This document shows positions 12,192 through 25,932 of a DNA stretch of 64,000 bases, piece after piece; positions within the stretch are counted from its first letter, which is position 1, and every line of letters begins with the position of its first letter. Location of the stretch: the NCBI RefSeq assembly GCF_004010195.1, contig NC_057719.1, positions 38,970,394 through 39,034,393 of the forward strand, given 5' to 3'. Under the pieces are notes generated by a model. It searched no databases. It was not told the DNA's origin and was given only the letters and a program-made list of their open reading frames with translations. Both the position numbers and the translations under genes were made by a program. This DNA comes from Chiloscyllium plagiosum. Lineage: Eukaryota.

Positions 12192-12739
12192 AGTCAACAG
12201 TTACATAGCAGTGGTCTCAGTTTAGTAATCTAACACCTTAAGGAGTGTAAATAATTTCAGTCTTTGTAGCCTTAATTCTTCCTGTCTGAACTAAACACTC
12301 TCTCCATTTTAATCCTGTTACCTGTGTTTGCATATATGTTTGATATCACATAATTATTAATTCTCTCAAGGTTAGTAGATAATAGAATCCTCTATTCTTG
12401 CTCAAGAAAATCTTGTAATTGGCTCTTTCAATTCGATCTAGTTGACAACATTTTTATTTTACATGTAATATAGCTGTATGCTAAAAAAAAAGTCTTTGTT
12501 GCCAATAACTGAGAGGGCTTAAAAATAGGGGACCTGATCACCCTTTCTGCCTGGTCATATCAGTAACAAGACCAACAAGCATTCACTTACACAGATAGGA
12601 TGTAAACTGTTTTTAAATGAGCACTGACAGAACATGTTTTTCTTTCAGAGCATTCAGAATGGATCATAATTAAATTTTCCAGGTTAGATATTCATCAGCA
12701 TACACTTTTGGATGCCTGTACTCACTAAGATTGAGGTTC

Positions 12740-13240
12740 ACAATGTACCAATTAGGGCTAAGGAGATGCAGGCATTCTTGTCCATTCTATTTCTGCTCTG
12801 CTCTCCGCTTCTCTGAACTGTACTTTGTGACATTTAACCTACAGGGCTACAGGCGAAAAGCTTTGGACTAAATAGATTTATCTGCCAACACAAATATGAT
12901 ATGCTAAATTGTCTCTTTCTGTGTCTTCTGTGCTTTATGTTCCTATCTCCAACTCACTGCTTCATTAAACTCTAATATTATCCAAAACACCACAGTGCTA
13001 ATCATGAAGCAATACTCCCTGGCACTCAAGATTCAAGCTTAGCAACAGCTAAGCACTTCTCATTAACTGCACATCTTTGCAGCTATTCAGCTTTGATAGG
13101 CACATCATCCAAACACAGTGCCACCTAACCACAGAAATGTTGTTCTTTTACAGGGTAAAGCACAAAGAAGCAAAGACCAGAACAGAAATAGAATGGACAA
13201 GAATGCCTGCATCTCCTTAGCTTTAATGGTTCTCCATTGT
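12740..13240. repeat. Inverted repeat pair (~90 bp arms, 39 bp perfect core)
   Basis: GCTAAGGAGATGCAGGCATTCTTGTCCATTCTATTTCTG at 12757-12795 is the exact reverse complement of 13183-13221. Confidence 0.9.
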
Positions 13241-14903
13241 CTTCCATACCATGGGACTGGCTGCGACAGAATTTATAAGATTTGAAATCCCTGAAAACAT
13301 TGAGGAGGGAGGCATGTTTTGGCTTCTTCTCAATTCTCACCATATCCTGATCCTGCTATTTAACATGATGAGTAATGATTGCATGTATGATGATGGATGC
13401 AAGTACCATACTTGTTTTGGAAGCTTGTATAAAGTTGCAATCAGCACATGCTGAGTCACAGGTGTGACTGGGCTGCAACCAGGTCTGGGGTAAAAGATGG
13501 TTCTTTTTTCAGCTAACTGGAGGGCAAGGAAACAAATAGGTACTGCTGCAGTGGGCTCAGATAAAGGTCTTGATGACTCAGTTTGCAGAAGAATGAAGAT
13601 GTATGGATGGAAAGATATAGGGTATGTTGGCTAACTGCCAGATAGCTTCCTGTCACAGACAGAAAGTATGGAGAACACTGCAAAATGGATGGCATCAAGG
13701 TTACCTCTACACAACTTTGCCCTATCTCCTGTATTATTATAGACACAGAGGCATAGCCACTGTTGTATCCATATCTCTCGTACCCTTTTGTGGAGGCAGC
13801 AACAGTCAAAATGGGCCAAAGCACTTCCAAAAGTATCCTAGGTTGATTACAGATGCTTTGCAATAGAAAATGTTCCAAAAATGTAACTTACCAGCATTCA
13901 GAGTGCATAGCCCTTTAAATTATTCAGCTTTTGGACACCCCCACCATCTTGGTTATTTGCACTTTTTAAATGAGTAGATAATGCAGACATTGCCTGAATT
14001 AGTTGGGCTGCGTGGTATCAGGAAAACACCAAGACAGCATGTTCTGGTGCATGCAGGGTTTACACCTGCTTGTGCTAGTGATTTTCACAAAAGCTGCACA
14101 CACCCATACAGATTACAGAGAGTGTTACAGCCTACCCCGGGAAACCAGGTTGGTCCTCTTCATGCTGCTCGAAATGCGGTTTTGCAAATGACTTGTGTGC
14201 CTTTCATTTAAAAACTGTTTCTTAATCCTGAAATTCATTTTAAGATTAAGTAACTTTGGTATTGTATAAGAAACAATAAAAGCAAAAGTGTTTGTGTTAA
14301 CGATGTAGTGGCCTATTACTAGCAAGGGATGTCACATAATTTAATAAATTGGCCTGAATACACATGTAGAATTGACCTTTTTAATCTTTGATATGAAACA
14401 TTCTGTTTATTACACAAAAAGCAAGTAAATAGATCCAAACTATCTAGTTGCAAGGTACAACACTAGTCAAAGAGCATTGGAGGAACAATGAATGTGATGA
14501 AAAATGGTAATGATAGCTCATTGACAAAGCGGTTAATGTTTGTTACTGATACTGGCTAATGAAAAAAGGCAATGAAATGTTGTAGCTGGAAAAGATGCAT
14601 AAAATATCCATTACCGATACTGTTACCATCTCATATGAAGGGCATCATGGTACAGTGAAGCAATGTAAAATAGTAAAAGGGATACTTAAATCCATGAATA
14701 TGCAAATCCCTCCAATATTCCATAAGTGCCAATTCATACTAAATCAGATTGTTGTTTAACACATGACTGAGAATCAGAATTGTAAAGAAAACGCTGCAGA
14801 TTATTTTGCAAACTGCAATAAACGAAAGGGCCATATTCTGATTAATGAAGATATGTATAAATTAATACATATAAATCAATATATCAATATAATATTGTTA
14901 TGC

Positions 14904-14921
14904 CGGGGGGGGGGGGGGGGG
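14904..14921. repeat. Poly-G run
   Basis: About 18 consecutive G. Confidence 0.95.
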
Positions 14922-16339
14922 TGAATGCTTTGTTAATCAAACTCTATTATTCCATTAGTTACAACATTAGTATAAATGTGTTGATTCAATTTTCAAAGTG
15001 GCTAATTGCTTCATTATAGTAGTACAATCTAACAATAAAGGAAATGTCCACCGGACTTATTTAATGAGCACAAAGTAAACTGTTTGTTGTGAACAAAGCT
15101 TATTCTTACAGCAAGTAGTAAATATTGCTGAACACCTCAGGTATGATCTTAAATCAAAACTTTATTCTTTTAATCTCTTACACAGCCACACACAACACAA
15201 AAGAAGTGTCTGCAGAACACCTAATCTTTAGGGATGGAACACAGTCCACCCTTTCAGGTCTTAACCAGTTAAACAGAAATGCTGATATTTGGAAACTCTT
15301 ATCAGTTTCCAGCAACTTCTACTGAGAAACAGATTTTAGATGCAAGGCTTGCAGCTTCTAAGAGTCTTCTTTAGTCAAGTTCCTGTATCTGTCAGATCAG
15401 AAAAGGTCACTAGGCAAACAATAGCATAGAAGTGCCAGTCCTTCAAAAGCTAAATTTCTCAGTATTTAAGGCAATATATTCCATCTTTGATCTTCTTGAA
15501 AGCTTGTTGTTTCTCTAAAGTCACTTGATTTTCAGTAAACAGCAGGCAAAACATTAGCACACATTTAAGTCTTTTTCTGTATTTACTCATGGGACACAGG
15601 CATCACTGACCGGCTAGTATTTCTTGTCCTTCCCAAATTGCCTTTGAGATGGGGAGCTGCCTTCTTGAACTGCTGCAGTCCCTATGCTGTAGGTTGGCGT
15701 ACAATGTCTTTAGATAGGGAATTCCAGGGTTTTGACCCAGCAACAGTGAAGGAATGATGATATATTTCCAAGTCAGGATGGTGAGTAACTCAGAGAGAGA
15801 TTTGCATGCGATTGTGCTCCCATGCATCTGCTGCACTTGTCCTTCTAGGTGTGAGTGGTCATAGGTTTGGAAGATGCTTTCAATGGATGTTTGGTGAATT
15901 TCTGCAATGCATTTTGAAGATAATACACACTGCTACTACTAAGCATCAGTGGTGAAGGGAGTGCATACTTGTACATGTAGCACCAAACAAATGGACTGTT
16001 GTCCTGAATGGTGTCAAGCTTCTGGAATATTGTTGGAGCTGCACTCATCCAGGCAAGCAGAGAGTGTTCCATCAAATTCCTGACATGTGGATTCCAGATG
16101 CTGGACAAGCTTTGAGGAATCTTGAGGTGAGTTACTCATCGCAATGTTCATAATTTCTGATCAGGTCGCTTAGCCATTGTATTTATGTGGTAAGTCCGGT
16201 TGAGTTTCTGGTCAATGATAACCCCCCGAATGTTGATATTGGGGGATTCAGTGTTGGTATTATCATTGAATGTCAAGGGATGGTGGTTAGATTGTCTCTT
16301 ATTGGAGATAGTCATTGCCTGGCACTTGTATGATGTGAA

Positions 16340-18187
16340 AGGCTCTTGAGGAATATAAAGGAAGCAGAAAAGAACTTAACAAATAATTAGGAGGGGCTAG
16401 AAATGTTCTTGGCAAGTAAAATTGAAGAGAATTCCTCAAGGCATTTTTTACGCATATTAGGGATAAGAGTGTAGCGAGGGAAAGTGTAAGTCCACTCAAG
16501 GACAAAGCACATGGAGTCAGAGGAAGTGGGTGAGCTCTTTAATGTACTTTGCATTGAAATTCAACAAAGAGAAGAACATGGATGATTCAAGCAGGGGTAT
16601 GCTGATATTCAAGGTCATATTGATACTAAGAAGGAGACTACAGTAGGTAAGTCCCCAGAGCCTGATATGATCTATCACAGGATACTGAGGGAGGCAAGGG
16701 GGGATGCTGGTGCACTCAAGATCTTTGTAACTCCTTAAGCCACAGGAAAGGTCCCAGAAGAGTGGAGAATAACCAATGTTGTATCATTGCTGAAGGGCAA
16801 CAGGGCTAATCCAGGAAATTATAGGCTGGTGAGCCTTACATCAGTGGTAGGGAAAATATTGGAGAACATTCTTAGGGACAGGATTTACTCCCATTTGGAA
16901 ATGAATGAACTTATTAGGGAGAATCTGCATGGCTTTTTGCAGAGGAGGTCTTGTCTCACAAATTTGAGAAATGATGAAGGTGATTGATGAGGGGAGGGCA
17001 ATGGATGTTGTCAAAATGGATTTTACTAAAGCATTTGACAAGGTGCCTCAATATCAACTGGTCTAGAAGATTAAGTCACATGGGATGCATGGTGAGTTGG
17101 TAAGTTGGATATAAGATTAGCTTGGTCATAGAAAACAGAGGGTAGTTGTGGAAGGTGTTTTGCTGACTGGAGGTCTATGAACAGTGGCATTCTGCAAGGA
17201 TCATTGCTGAGACCTCTGTTGTTTGTGTGTGTATATATATATATGTATAAATGATTTGGATGAAAATGTAGGTGGTCTGGTTAGTAAGTTTGCAGATGGC
17301 AGGAAAATTGGTGGAGTTGTGGATAGTGAAGAATTTTGTCAAAGAATATAGCAGGATACAGCTCAGTTGGAAAATGTGCAGATAAATGGAAGATGGAGTT
17401 TAATCCAGACAATGAGAGATTTTGGGAGGTCACATGCAAGAGGAAAGTATACAGTAAATGGCAGCAACCTTAGGTGCACTGATATACAGAAGGATCTTGG
17501 GGTGCAAGTCCATAGTTTCCTGAAAGTGGGAATGCAGTGGATAAGATGTTAAAGGTGGAGTACAGCACACTTGCCTTCATTGGTCAGGGCACCGAGTATA
17601 AAGTTGGCAATCATGTTACAGCTGTATAATAGTTTAGTTAGGCCACATTTGGAATATTATGTACAGTTCTGTTCACAAAACTGTAAGAAGGATGTGGAGG
17701 TTTTAGAAAGAATGCAAAAAGAAATTTACCAGGATATTGCCTTGACTGGACTGTATTAGCTATAAGGAGATGTTGGACAAATTTGGATTGTTTTTGCTAG
17801 AGTGACAGTGACTAAGGGATTACTTGATAAAAGTATGTAAAATTATGTGAGGTATGGATAAGATGGATAGTCAGAATCCTTTTCCTAGGTTGGAATTATC
17901 AAAAAACCAGGGGGCACAGGTTTGAAATGCGAGGGGGCAAATTTTAAGGAGATGTGCTGGGCAAGTTTTCTATCCAGAGGGTAGTAGATGCCTGGAATGT
18001 TCCAGAGGGTAGTAGATGCCTGGAATATGCTGCCATAGCAATACTTAAGAGGCACATTAACAGGTGGGGAATAGAGGGATATAAACCATGAGTAGGCAGA
18101 GGGGACTAGTTTAAAATGGCATCATGTTTGGCACAGACATACTGGCTGAAAGGTCTGTTTCTGTGCTGTACTGTTCTATGTTCTATG
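16340..18187 (+). mobile_element. CR1 LINE ORF2 and 3' UTR (5' truncated, decayed)
   Basis: NPGNYRLVSLTSVVGKILE, LVRPHLEYYVQF; ends TTCTATGTTCTATG. Confidence 0.92.
17973..18028 (+). repeat. 28 bp tandem duplication inside CR1
   Basis: TCCAGAGGGTAGTAGATGCCTGGAAT(G/A)T twice. Confidence 0.95.
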
Positions 18188-20631
18188 AATGTTACTTGCT
18201 ACTTATCAATCCGAGCCTAAATGTTGTCCAGGTGTTGCATTTGAGTAGGAGGACTGCTTCAGTATCTAAATGTTGTTGAACATTGCGCAAACATCAGTGA
18301 ACATTCCCACTTCTGACCCAAAGTGGAGGAAACATCATTGATATAGATGGCTGGGCTTCGGACACTACCCTGAGGAACTCCTGAAGAGATGCCCTGAAGC
18401 TGAGATGACTGACCTCCAACAACCACAACAATTTGCTTATATGCTAGGTATGACTTCAACCATCAGAGAGTTTGCCCCCTAATTCCTATTAATTTCAGTT
18501 TTGCTAGGGCTCCTTGATGCCACATTCAGTTTAATGCAGCCTTGATGTCAAGAAATGTCATTCTTACCTAACTTCTAGAATTCAGTTTTTTTTGGCCAAA
18601 GCTGTAATGAGGTCTGGAGCTGAGTGGCCCCAGTGGAACCCAAACTAGGCTCAGTGAGCAGGTTATTGCTGAGCAAGTGTCACTCGATAGCACAGTTGAT
18701 GACACCTTCTATCAATTTACTGTTGATTGAGAATAGATTGATAAGGGTGGTAATTGGCACAGTTGGATTTGTCCTGCATTTTGTGTAGAGGACATACCTG
18801 GGCAATTTTCCACAGTGCTGTAGTTATACTGGAACAGCTTGGCTAGGGGAGTGGCAAATTCTGGAACACAAGTCTTCAGTATTATTGTCAAAAAATTGCC
18901 AGGGCCCAACACCTTTGCATTATCCAGTGCCTCCAAACATTTCTTGATATCACATGGAGTGAATTGAATTGATTGAAGACTGGTATCTATAATGCTGGCC
19001 ACTACTAGAGAAGGCCGAATTGGATCCTCCACTCAGCTGCTGGTTTCATTTTCAAGAAATCACATGGTAAAAATCTTTTCATTCCAGAGAATATCCAAAT
19101 AGTTCAAAATCCTCTAATTTTTCTTAAATTTTCCTGAAATATGAATATATATTCCCAACAAAATCAAATCAAATCAATGTCAATAGAAAATCCCAGCAAG
19201 TTGGTAAGAGTGCACTATATATATATAATATATATATGATCTCAGAAAAGACTACAGCACAGTACTGCTATTTAAAAAACATAAATTCCTTTTTATTTCT
19301 TCTTTTCTCCTAATAGCATTACTCCCTTACAAGGATGAACCCCTACATGAACTGCATGATCTTCTCACAAAACTGGCCATAATTTGATAGTGTAGGATAA
19401 TTTTATGCACATGTACCTCCCACATCATGTGGCAATCTTACATGAAGTTGGTGGAGTGACCATGCCACCTGTTTGACACTGTCAGAATTCAAACCACTTC
19501 CTGTTCAGGCTTCACTTGATTACTAACAGTGAACTGTCAGTGCCATCTGTGTTTTGCTCTCTGCTGCAGCTTACTGATTATGAGGCAGCAGAAAATTAGT
19601 CAGCCCTGATAACAGCCAGCTAGCATGTCATCTCTAGGGCAGGGAGGTTGGGAGGGAGAGTATTAGGTTGCACTACTTACCTAAGTTCTTAAAATTACAG
19701 GGTATACGTGCACATTTGTGACCAGAAGTGCACTAATCGTCATTTCTAGTAATATTAAATATGAGGAAGGTTATACGTATGCAAGTTTTGGGCCTTACGC
19801 CTAATTAAGGTCTTGCTGCAAGACTGAGGCAGTCAGGGATATTGCAAATGTTGTGAGGGAAGGTAGATGGCAATATGGCCTCACCATTCAACATCTATGT
19901 TTATAAGAAACCCATAATCCACTCTTTGATGACTGGGTCCTCCTCCACAAGGGAAATTTAAAATAATTTTTCAATTATCTGCAAGCTTCTGCAACACTTT
20001 CTACAATCTAAGCTTCAACTCCACCTTCTTTGTATAATCCTGAAGCACAATTATTAATGGGAATGACATCCAGAGATGAATCCCTAGAGCTCTTAACATT
20101 TGTGAGGGGTCAGACGGAGCGTAATAAGCCCAAAAATGGTTGTTCCTGAATCTCCTGAAATTAGGCTAATAACTTCTCCCACTTCCTTGTAAAAAACCAT
20201 TGCTGTAGATCCAAACTATCCATCACTGTTAAGCCTTATATATTATGGTTTTGCTGTCTTGTAAGTGTAATCTATTGACATTAATTCAATAATAACAATT
20301 TTCATATCTCATCTAATTCATTGCCACCTACCATATTCGGTTTTCAGTTGGATTGCAGGTATTGGGACATGAGGGTGGGAAAGGGTTCAGAGGGGTATAG
20401 TTTGGTTTCCAATGTCAGGGGTGAGGACAATCAAAGAACTTGGAGTGTGTGAGTGAAGGAGATGTAGGTGGATCTCTTGGTCCTCACAATGCTATTGGAG
20501 CACTGACTATTTTGGAGAATTTAACTTTTGCATTACTACAAGTTCCTGGCACTAACCATCCTTTAAGAAAAAATCTAATCATCTCTCCATGGTTTTCAGA
20601 TACATTAATATTGCTGAAAGCCTGCAATCAA

Positions 20632-21146
20632 AGAACATAGAACATTACAGCACATTACAGGCTTTTCAGCCCTCGATGTTGTGCCAACCTGTAAAACCAA
20701 TTTGAAACCCATCTAACCTACACTATTCCATTATCATCCATATGCTTATCCAATTACTGTTTAATCCCCTTAAACTGTTGCAGCTAGGGTGTTCCATGCC
20801 CTTACTACTCTCTGAGTAAAGAACCTACCTCTGACTTCTGTCCTATATCTATCATCACTCAATTTAAAGCTATGTCCATTCGTACTAGCCATCACATCTG
20901 AAGAAAAAGGCTCTCACTGTCCACCATGTCTAATCATTTGATCATCTGTATGTCTCCATTAAGTCACCTCTCAACCTTCTCTCTAACGAAAACAGCCTCA
21001 AGTCCCTCAGCCTTTCTTCATAAGACCTTTTCTCCTTACCAGACAACATTCTGGTAAACCTCCTCTGCACCCGTTTCAATGCTTCACATGCTTCTTATAA
21101 TGCGGCGACCAGAACTTACTTAAGACTCCAAGTGTGGCCGCACCAA
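20632..21146 (-). mobile_element. CR1 LINE 3' fragment
   Basis: AGAACATAGAACAT tail; reverse complement encodes decayed LEY..WSP and RLRGDL. Confidence 0.85.
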
Positions 21147-21249
21147 GCAATAACCTGAGTTTTATTATTTATCAGAAATTTAACTGTCTACATAAATACT
21201 TTAGTCACAACAGCAATCAGGGGTTAAAATTTAGCAGTGAGTAACTTAC

Positions 21250-21960
21250 TTCCTGGCTCTCCAGACTCCTGTCCATAGCCTATAATGCACATTAGAGAAT
21301 ACTCTAAATTTACCTGTATGAATGCAGCTTCAGCAGCATATAAATTCAACAATGTTCAAAATGAAATAGAGGTCGTTCGGCTATAATGTGTTTTGTGATT
21401 GCAAATTCACTATAACACAATTAATGTTTTGAAGACACTGTTTCTAAAGCGCAAACTTTTAAAGGATGTATTGAATATAACACGATTTTGGCCTCAGTTT
21501 AAATGATGTTCTTATAACATGGGTTTGCACAAGAACGGAACTACCGCGTTATAGCAGTACCGACTGTAGTCTGCTTGACATTACCATTACCTTAAACACT
21601 CATTCTGTCCATTTTAGGAGTACAGCAGCACCAGTGAGCACCATCCATATATTAAACTACAATAGCATGCCAAGGTTCCTTTAGCAGCTTTTTCCAAATC
21701 TACAACCTTTAATATCAAGAAGAATAAGGATAGCAGGCACATATCAGAGCACCAACAGCTGCATTCTCTTCTCTAAGAAATATGCCATCTTAATTTGAAA
21801 TTATATCCTCATTCCCTAAATGTCATTTGGCCAAACTCCTGGAACTCGATCCTTAACAGCACTGCATTTGTAGTTAATTTGTATTTGTAGTCACAGGACT
21901 ACAGTGACTCACCAACACCTTCTCATGGGCAATTTCGAATGGGCAATAAATTTTGGTCTT
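21250..21960 (+). mobile_element. Old CR1/L2-clade LINE 3' region, interrupted by a MITE
   Basis: Similar to the reverse complement of 15590-16100 (ATGAATGCAGCT.CA, CAAA.TCCTGGAACTC, GGGCAATAAAT). Confidence 0.6.
21367..21568. mobile_element. Tc1/mariner (Tigger-like) MITE
   Basis: Degenerate TIRs: TA-GAGGTCGTTCGGCTATAATG versus reverse complement TA-CAGTCGGTACTGCTATAACG; TA at both ends. Confidence 0.55.
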
Positions 21961-22452
21961 GTCACATTGAGAATTCATTTCAAAAATGTAAGACCAAACA
22001 AACTTACCTAAATTCAGAGTGTAAGCATGTAGAAAAAGTGTACGTGCCATGTACAAACTCTCTCGGGTACACACAGCCAAGTTTTTAATGCCTGCTTAAG
22101 ACTCAAATTGCCAAATTCAGGTTTGCTTAATTTAGATTGTAAATATATAGAAAAGGCTTCTGTGATGTTTTATTTAAACTAAGTAATTCATACAACTGAA
22201 AATTTTGATTTTCTTTTGATTAATAAATGACTTTGAATTAACCAGAGAACACTTGGATTTCAATCCATCACTATGTACTAGAAGTATTGCAGAGCAGAAT
22301 GCCAACACAGACAAAGATCAGTATTATAACAGGAACTTAATTTCTGCTTGTATTCCCATTTAAGTCTTTAAATATTATATGTAGTGTTTGTTGTCTAATG
22401 CAAGAAATTTTCACTTAGAATGCAATTAATTATTTTCAAATCTGAGGCATTT

Positions 22453-25082
22453 GATTGTATTATAGACCCCCTAATAGTCAGCGGGAAGTTGAGAAACAAA
22501 TTTGTCAGGAGATAGCAGTTATCTGTAAGAACAATAGGGCGGTTATGGTAGGGGATTTTAACCTTCCAAACATAGACTGGGACTGCCATAGTGTTAAGGG
22601 TTTAGATGGAGAGGAATTTGTTAAGCAAATTCAGTATGTGGATGTACCTACTAGAGAAGGTGCAAAACTTGACCTACTCTGGGGAAATAAGGCAGGGCAG
22701 GTGACTGAGGTGTCAGTGGGGGAGCACTTTGGGATCTGCAACCATAATTCTCTCAGTTTTAAAATAGTGCTGGAAAAGGATAGATCAGATCTAAAAGTTG
22801 AAGTTCTAAATTGGAGGAAGGCCTTTGATGGTATTAGGCAAGAACTTTCCAAGGCAGACTGGGGGCAGATGTTCACAGATAAAGGGATGGCTGAAAATGG
22901 GAAGCCGTCAGAAATGAGATTTCAGAGACAGTATATTCCTGTTCGGCTGAAAGGAAAAGCTGGTAGGTGTAGGGAATGCTGGATAACTAAAGAAACTGAG
23001 GGTTTGGCTAAGAAAAAGAAGGACGCATATGTCAGGTACAGACAGGATAGATCGAGTGAATCCTTAGAAGAGTACAAAGGCAGTAGGAGTATACTTAAGA
23101 GGGAAATCAGGAGAGCAAAAAGGGGACATGAGATAACTTTGGCAAATAGAGTTAAGGAGAATCTGAAGGGTTTTTACAAATACGTTAAGGACAAAAGGGT
23201 AACTAGGAAGAGAATAAGGCCCTCAAACATTCATTCCTGATGAAGGGCTTTTGCCCGAAATGTCAATCTTCCTGCTCCTCAGATGCTGCCTGACCTGCTG
23301 TACTTTTCCAGCACCAATCTAATCACCCCCCCCAACCCCAAAAGATCAGCAAGGCGGCCTTTGTGTCTAGCCACAGGAGATGGGGAGATACTAAATGAGT
23401 ATTTTGCATTGGTGTTTAATGTGACGAAGGACATGAAAGATAAAGAATGTACTGAAATAGATGGTGACATCTTGAAAAATGTCCATATTACAGAGGAGGA
23501 AGTGCTGGATGTCTTGAAAAGCATAAAAGTGGATAAATGCGCAGGACCTGATCAGGTGTACCCTCGAGCTCTGTGGGAAGCTAGGGAAGTGATTGCTGGG
23601 CCTCTTACTGAGATATTTGTCTCATCAATAGTAACAGGTGAGGTGCCAGAAGACTGAAGGTTGGTTAACGTGGTGCCACTGTTTAAGAAAGGTGATAAGG
23701 ACAAGCCAAGGAACTATAGACCAGCGAGTCTAATGTCAGTGGTGGGCAAGTTATTGGAGGGAATCCTGAGGGACAGGATGTACATGTATTTGGAAAGGCA
23801 AGGACTGATTAGGGATAGTCAGCAAGGCATGTGCATGGGGAATCATATCTCACAAACTTGATTGAGTGCTTTGAAGAAGTAACAAAGAGGATTGATGAGG
23901 TCAGAGTGGTGGACGTGATATATGTGGACTTCAGTAAGGCGTTTGGCAAGGTTCCCCATGGGAGACTGGTTAGCAAGGTTAGATCTCATGGAATACAGGG
24001 AGAACTAGCCATTTGGCTCAAAGGTAGAAGACACAGAGTGGTGGTGGAGGGATGTTTTTCAGACTGGAGGCCTGTAACCAGTGGAGTGCCGCAAGGATCA
24101 GTGCTGAGTTCACTGCTTTTCATCGCTTATATAAATGACTTGGGTGTGAGCATAAGAGGTACAGTTAGTAAGTTTGCAGATGACACCAAAATTGGAGGTG
24201 TAGTGGACAGTGAAGAGGGTTACCTCAGATTACAACAGGATCTGGACCAGATGGGCCAATGGGCTGAGAAGTGGCAAATGGAGTTTAATTCAGATAAATG
24301 CAAGGTGCTGCATTTTAGGAAAGCAAATCTTAGCAGGACTTATGCACTTAATGGTAAGGTCCTAGGGTGTATTGCTGAACAAAGAGACCTTGGAATGCAG
24401 GCTCATAGCTCATTGAAAGTGGAGTCGCAGGTAGATAGGATAGTGAAGAAGGCGTTTGGTATGCTTTCCTTTATTGGTCCGAGTATTGCATACAGGAGTT
24501 GGGAGGTCATGTTGCGGCTGTGTAGGACGTTGGTTAGGCCACTTTTGGAATATTGCGTGCAATTCTGCTCTCCTTCCTATTGGAAGGATGTTGTGAAATT
24601 TGAAAGGGTTCAGAAAAGATTTACAAGGATGTTGCCAGGGTTGGAGAATTTGAGCAAAAGGGAGAGGTTGAATAGGCTGTGGCTGTTCTCCCTGGAGTGT
24701 TGGAGGCTGAGGGGTGACCTTATACAGGTTTATAAAGTCATGAGGGGCATGGATAGGGTAAATAAACAAGGTCTTTTCCCTGGGGTGGGGGAGTCCAGAA
24801 CTAGAGGACTTAGGTTTATGGTGAGAGAGGAAAGATATAAAAGAGACCTAAGGGGCATCGTTTTCACGCAGAGGGTGGTACATGTGTGGAATGAGCTGCC
24901 AGAGGAACTGGTGAAGGCTCATACAATTGCAACATTTAAAAGGCATCTGGATGGGCATATGAATAGGAAGGGTTTGGGGGGATATGGGCTGGATGCTGGC
25001 ATTGAGTTGGGATATCTAGTCGGGCATATCGAGTTGGACCGAAGGGTCTGTTTCTGTGGCATACATCTCTGTGACTCTATGT
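22453..25082 (+). mobile_element. CR1 LINE ORF2 (partial APE endonuclease plus RT) and 3' UTR; frameshifted
   Basis: YYRPPNS, VGDFNLP, RNYRPASL, GVPQGSVL, SKFADDTK, LEYCVQF, VWNELP; tail CTCTGTGACTCTATG. Confidence 0.97.
23228..23335 (+). mobile_element. PLE family A terminal fragment with hammerhead motif, inserted in CR1 ORF2
   Basis: CTGATGA(23237)AGGGCTTTTGCCCGAAATGTC; the CR1 sequence reads through ..CCTCAAA|GATCAGCAAGG on either side. Confidence 0.85.
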
Positions 25083-25932
25083 GCACAATCACAAACAGGA
25101 ATCTCACTGCAAATATGTAAAACTTCACTTAATTGGAACAACAAAATTGCTATCTAAGAGTCAATGGGGGATCTTAGGCAGCTGAGCCAGGAGTGCTGAC
25201 AGCAGCAGGAGGTATGAGTATCAAGTCTAGCAGGAACAGAGCCAGCAGGAATCCAAGAAATCAGTCTGCGGGCCAGAGGCGGTATGGAGGCTGATTTTGT
25301 TCTTCAGGCTGTCAGTCATCATGCTCAGTAAAGCTGCACTGTCAAAACTACTACCAGATCTAATCCTTCAGTCTTTGGCATGCACCTTCCCCGATGCATG
25401 AAACAAAATAAATAGAACGGGGGAAAGACAATACATTATTTTAAAATACTCAGGAAACTCAAATAGTTTTCACTATCAGCACACAGCTAAAGAGTGATTT
25501 TAATGGGCTAGAATGTGCTGTCAAAATATCAACATGGCTAATGGTACTTTCTTTTATTTACATGCTAATACTGCAGCAATCTCATGAGAGGGGTAGTTGA
25601 ATAATTTATCTCAAATAAGAATGGGAAAGAAAGACTTGTGTTTACATAATAGCTTTTGCAATCTTAGGATCTTAGGATAGTAACGAAAGGGTAACTTATT
25701 ATACAGCACGATTACTCAGCATGGGAAAACACGAGCGCAGGAAGGAGAGGTTTGACAGTCAGTCAGGAAGTTAAGAGATAAATATGAGCGTTAGTAAGGA
25801 GGCACAACAGATAGCACCCCTGTCTAACTGGTACAAAGTCTTCAATACTTGCAAAGTTAAGAAGAAAATGTGAGAAAGGTGGCCTAATTTCCAACCAATT
25901 TCCATTCCCAGCAGGGAACAGGTGACATAGAG

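Larger units (their letters stand above)
15585..19040 (-). mobile_element. CR1/L2-clade LINE ORF2 and 3' end, split by a nested CR1
   Basis: ORFs 18712-19032 (LKTCVPEFATPLAKLFQY), 18259-18459 (GVPQGSV) and 15845-16108 (AWMSAAPT..KLDTIQD); the sequence continues across the 16340-18187 insert. Confidence 0.85.

Noticed and set aside
23831..25120. 429 aa ORF as a host gene
   Set aside because: It is the CR1 RT domain of a frameshifted, 5' truncated LINE
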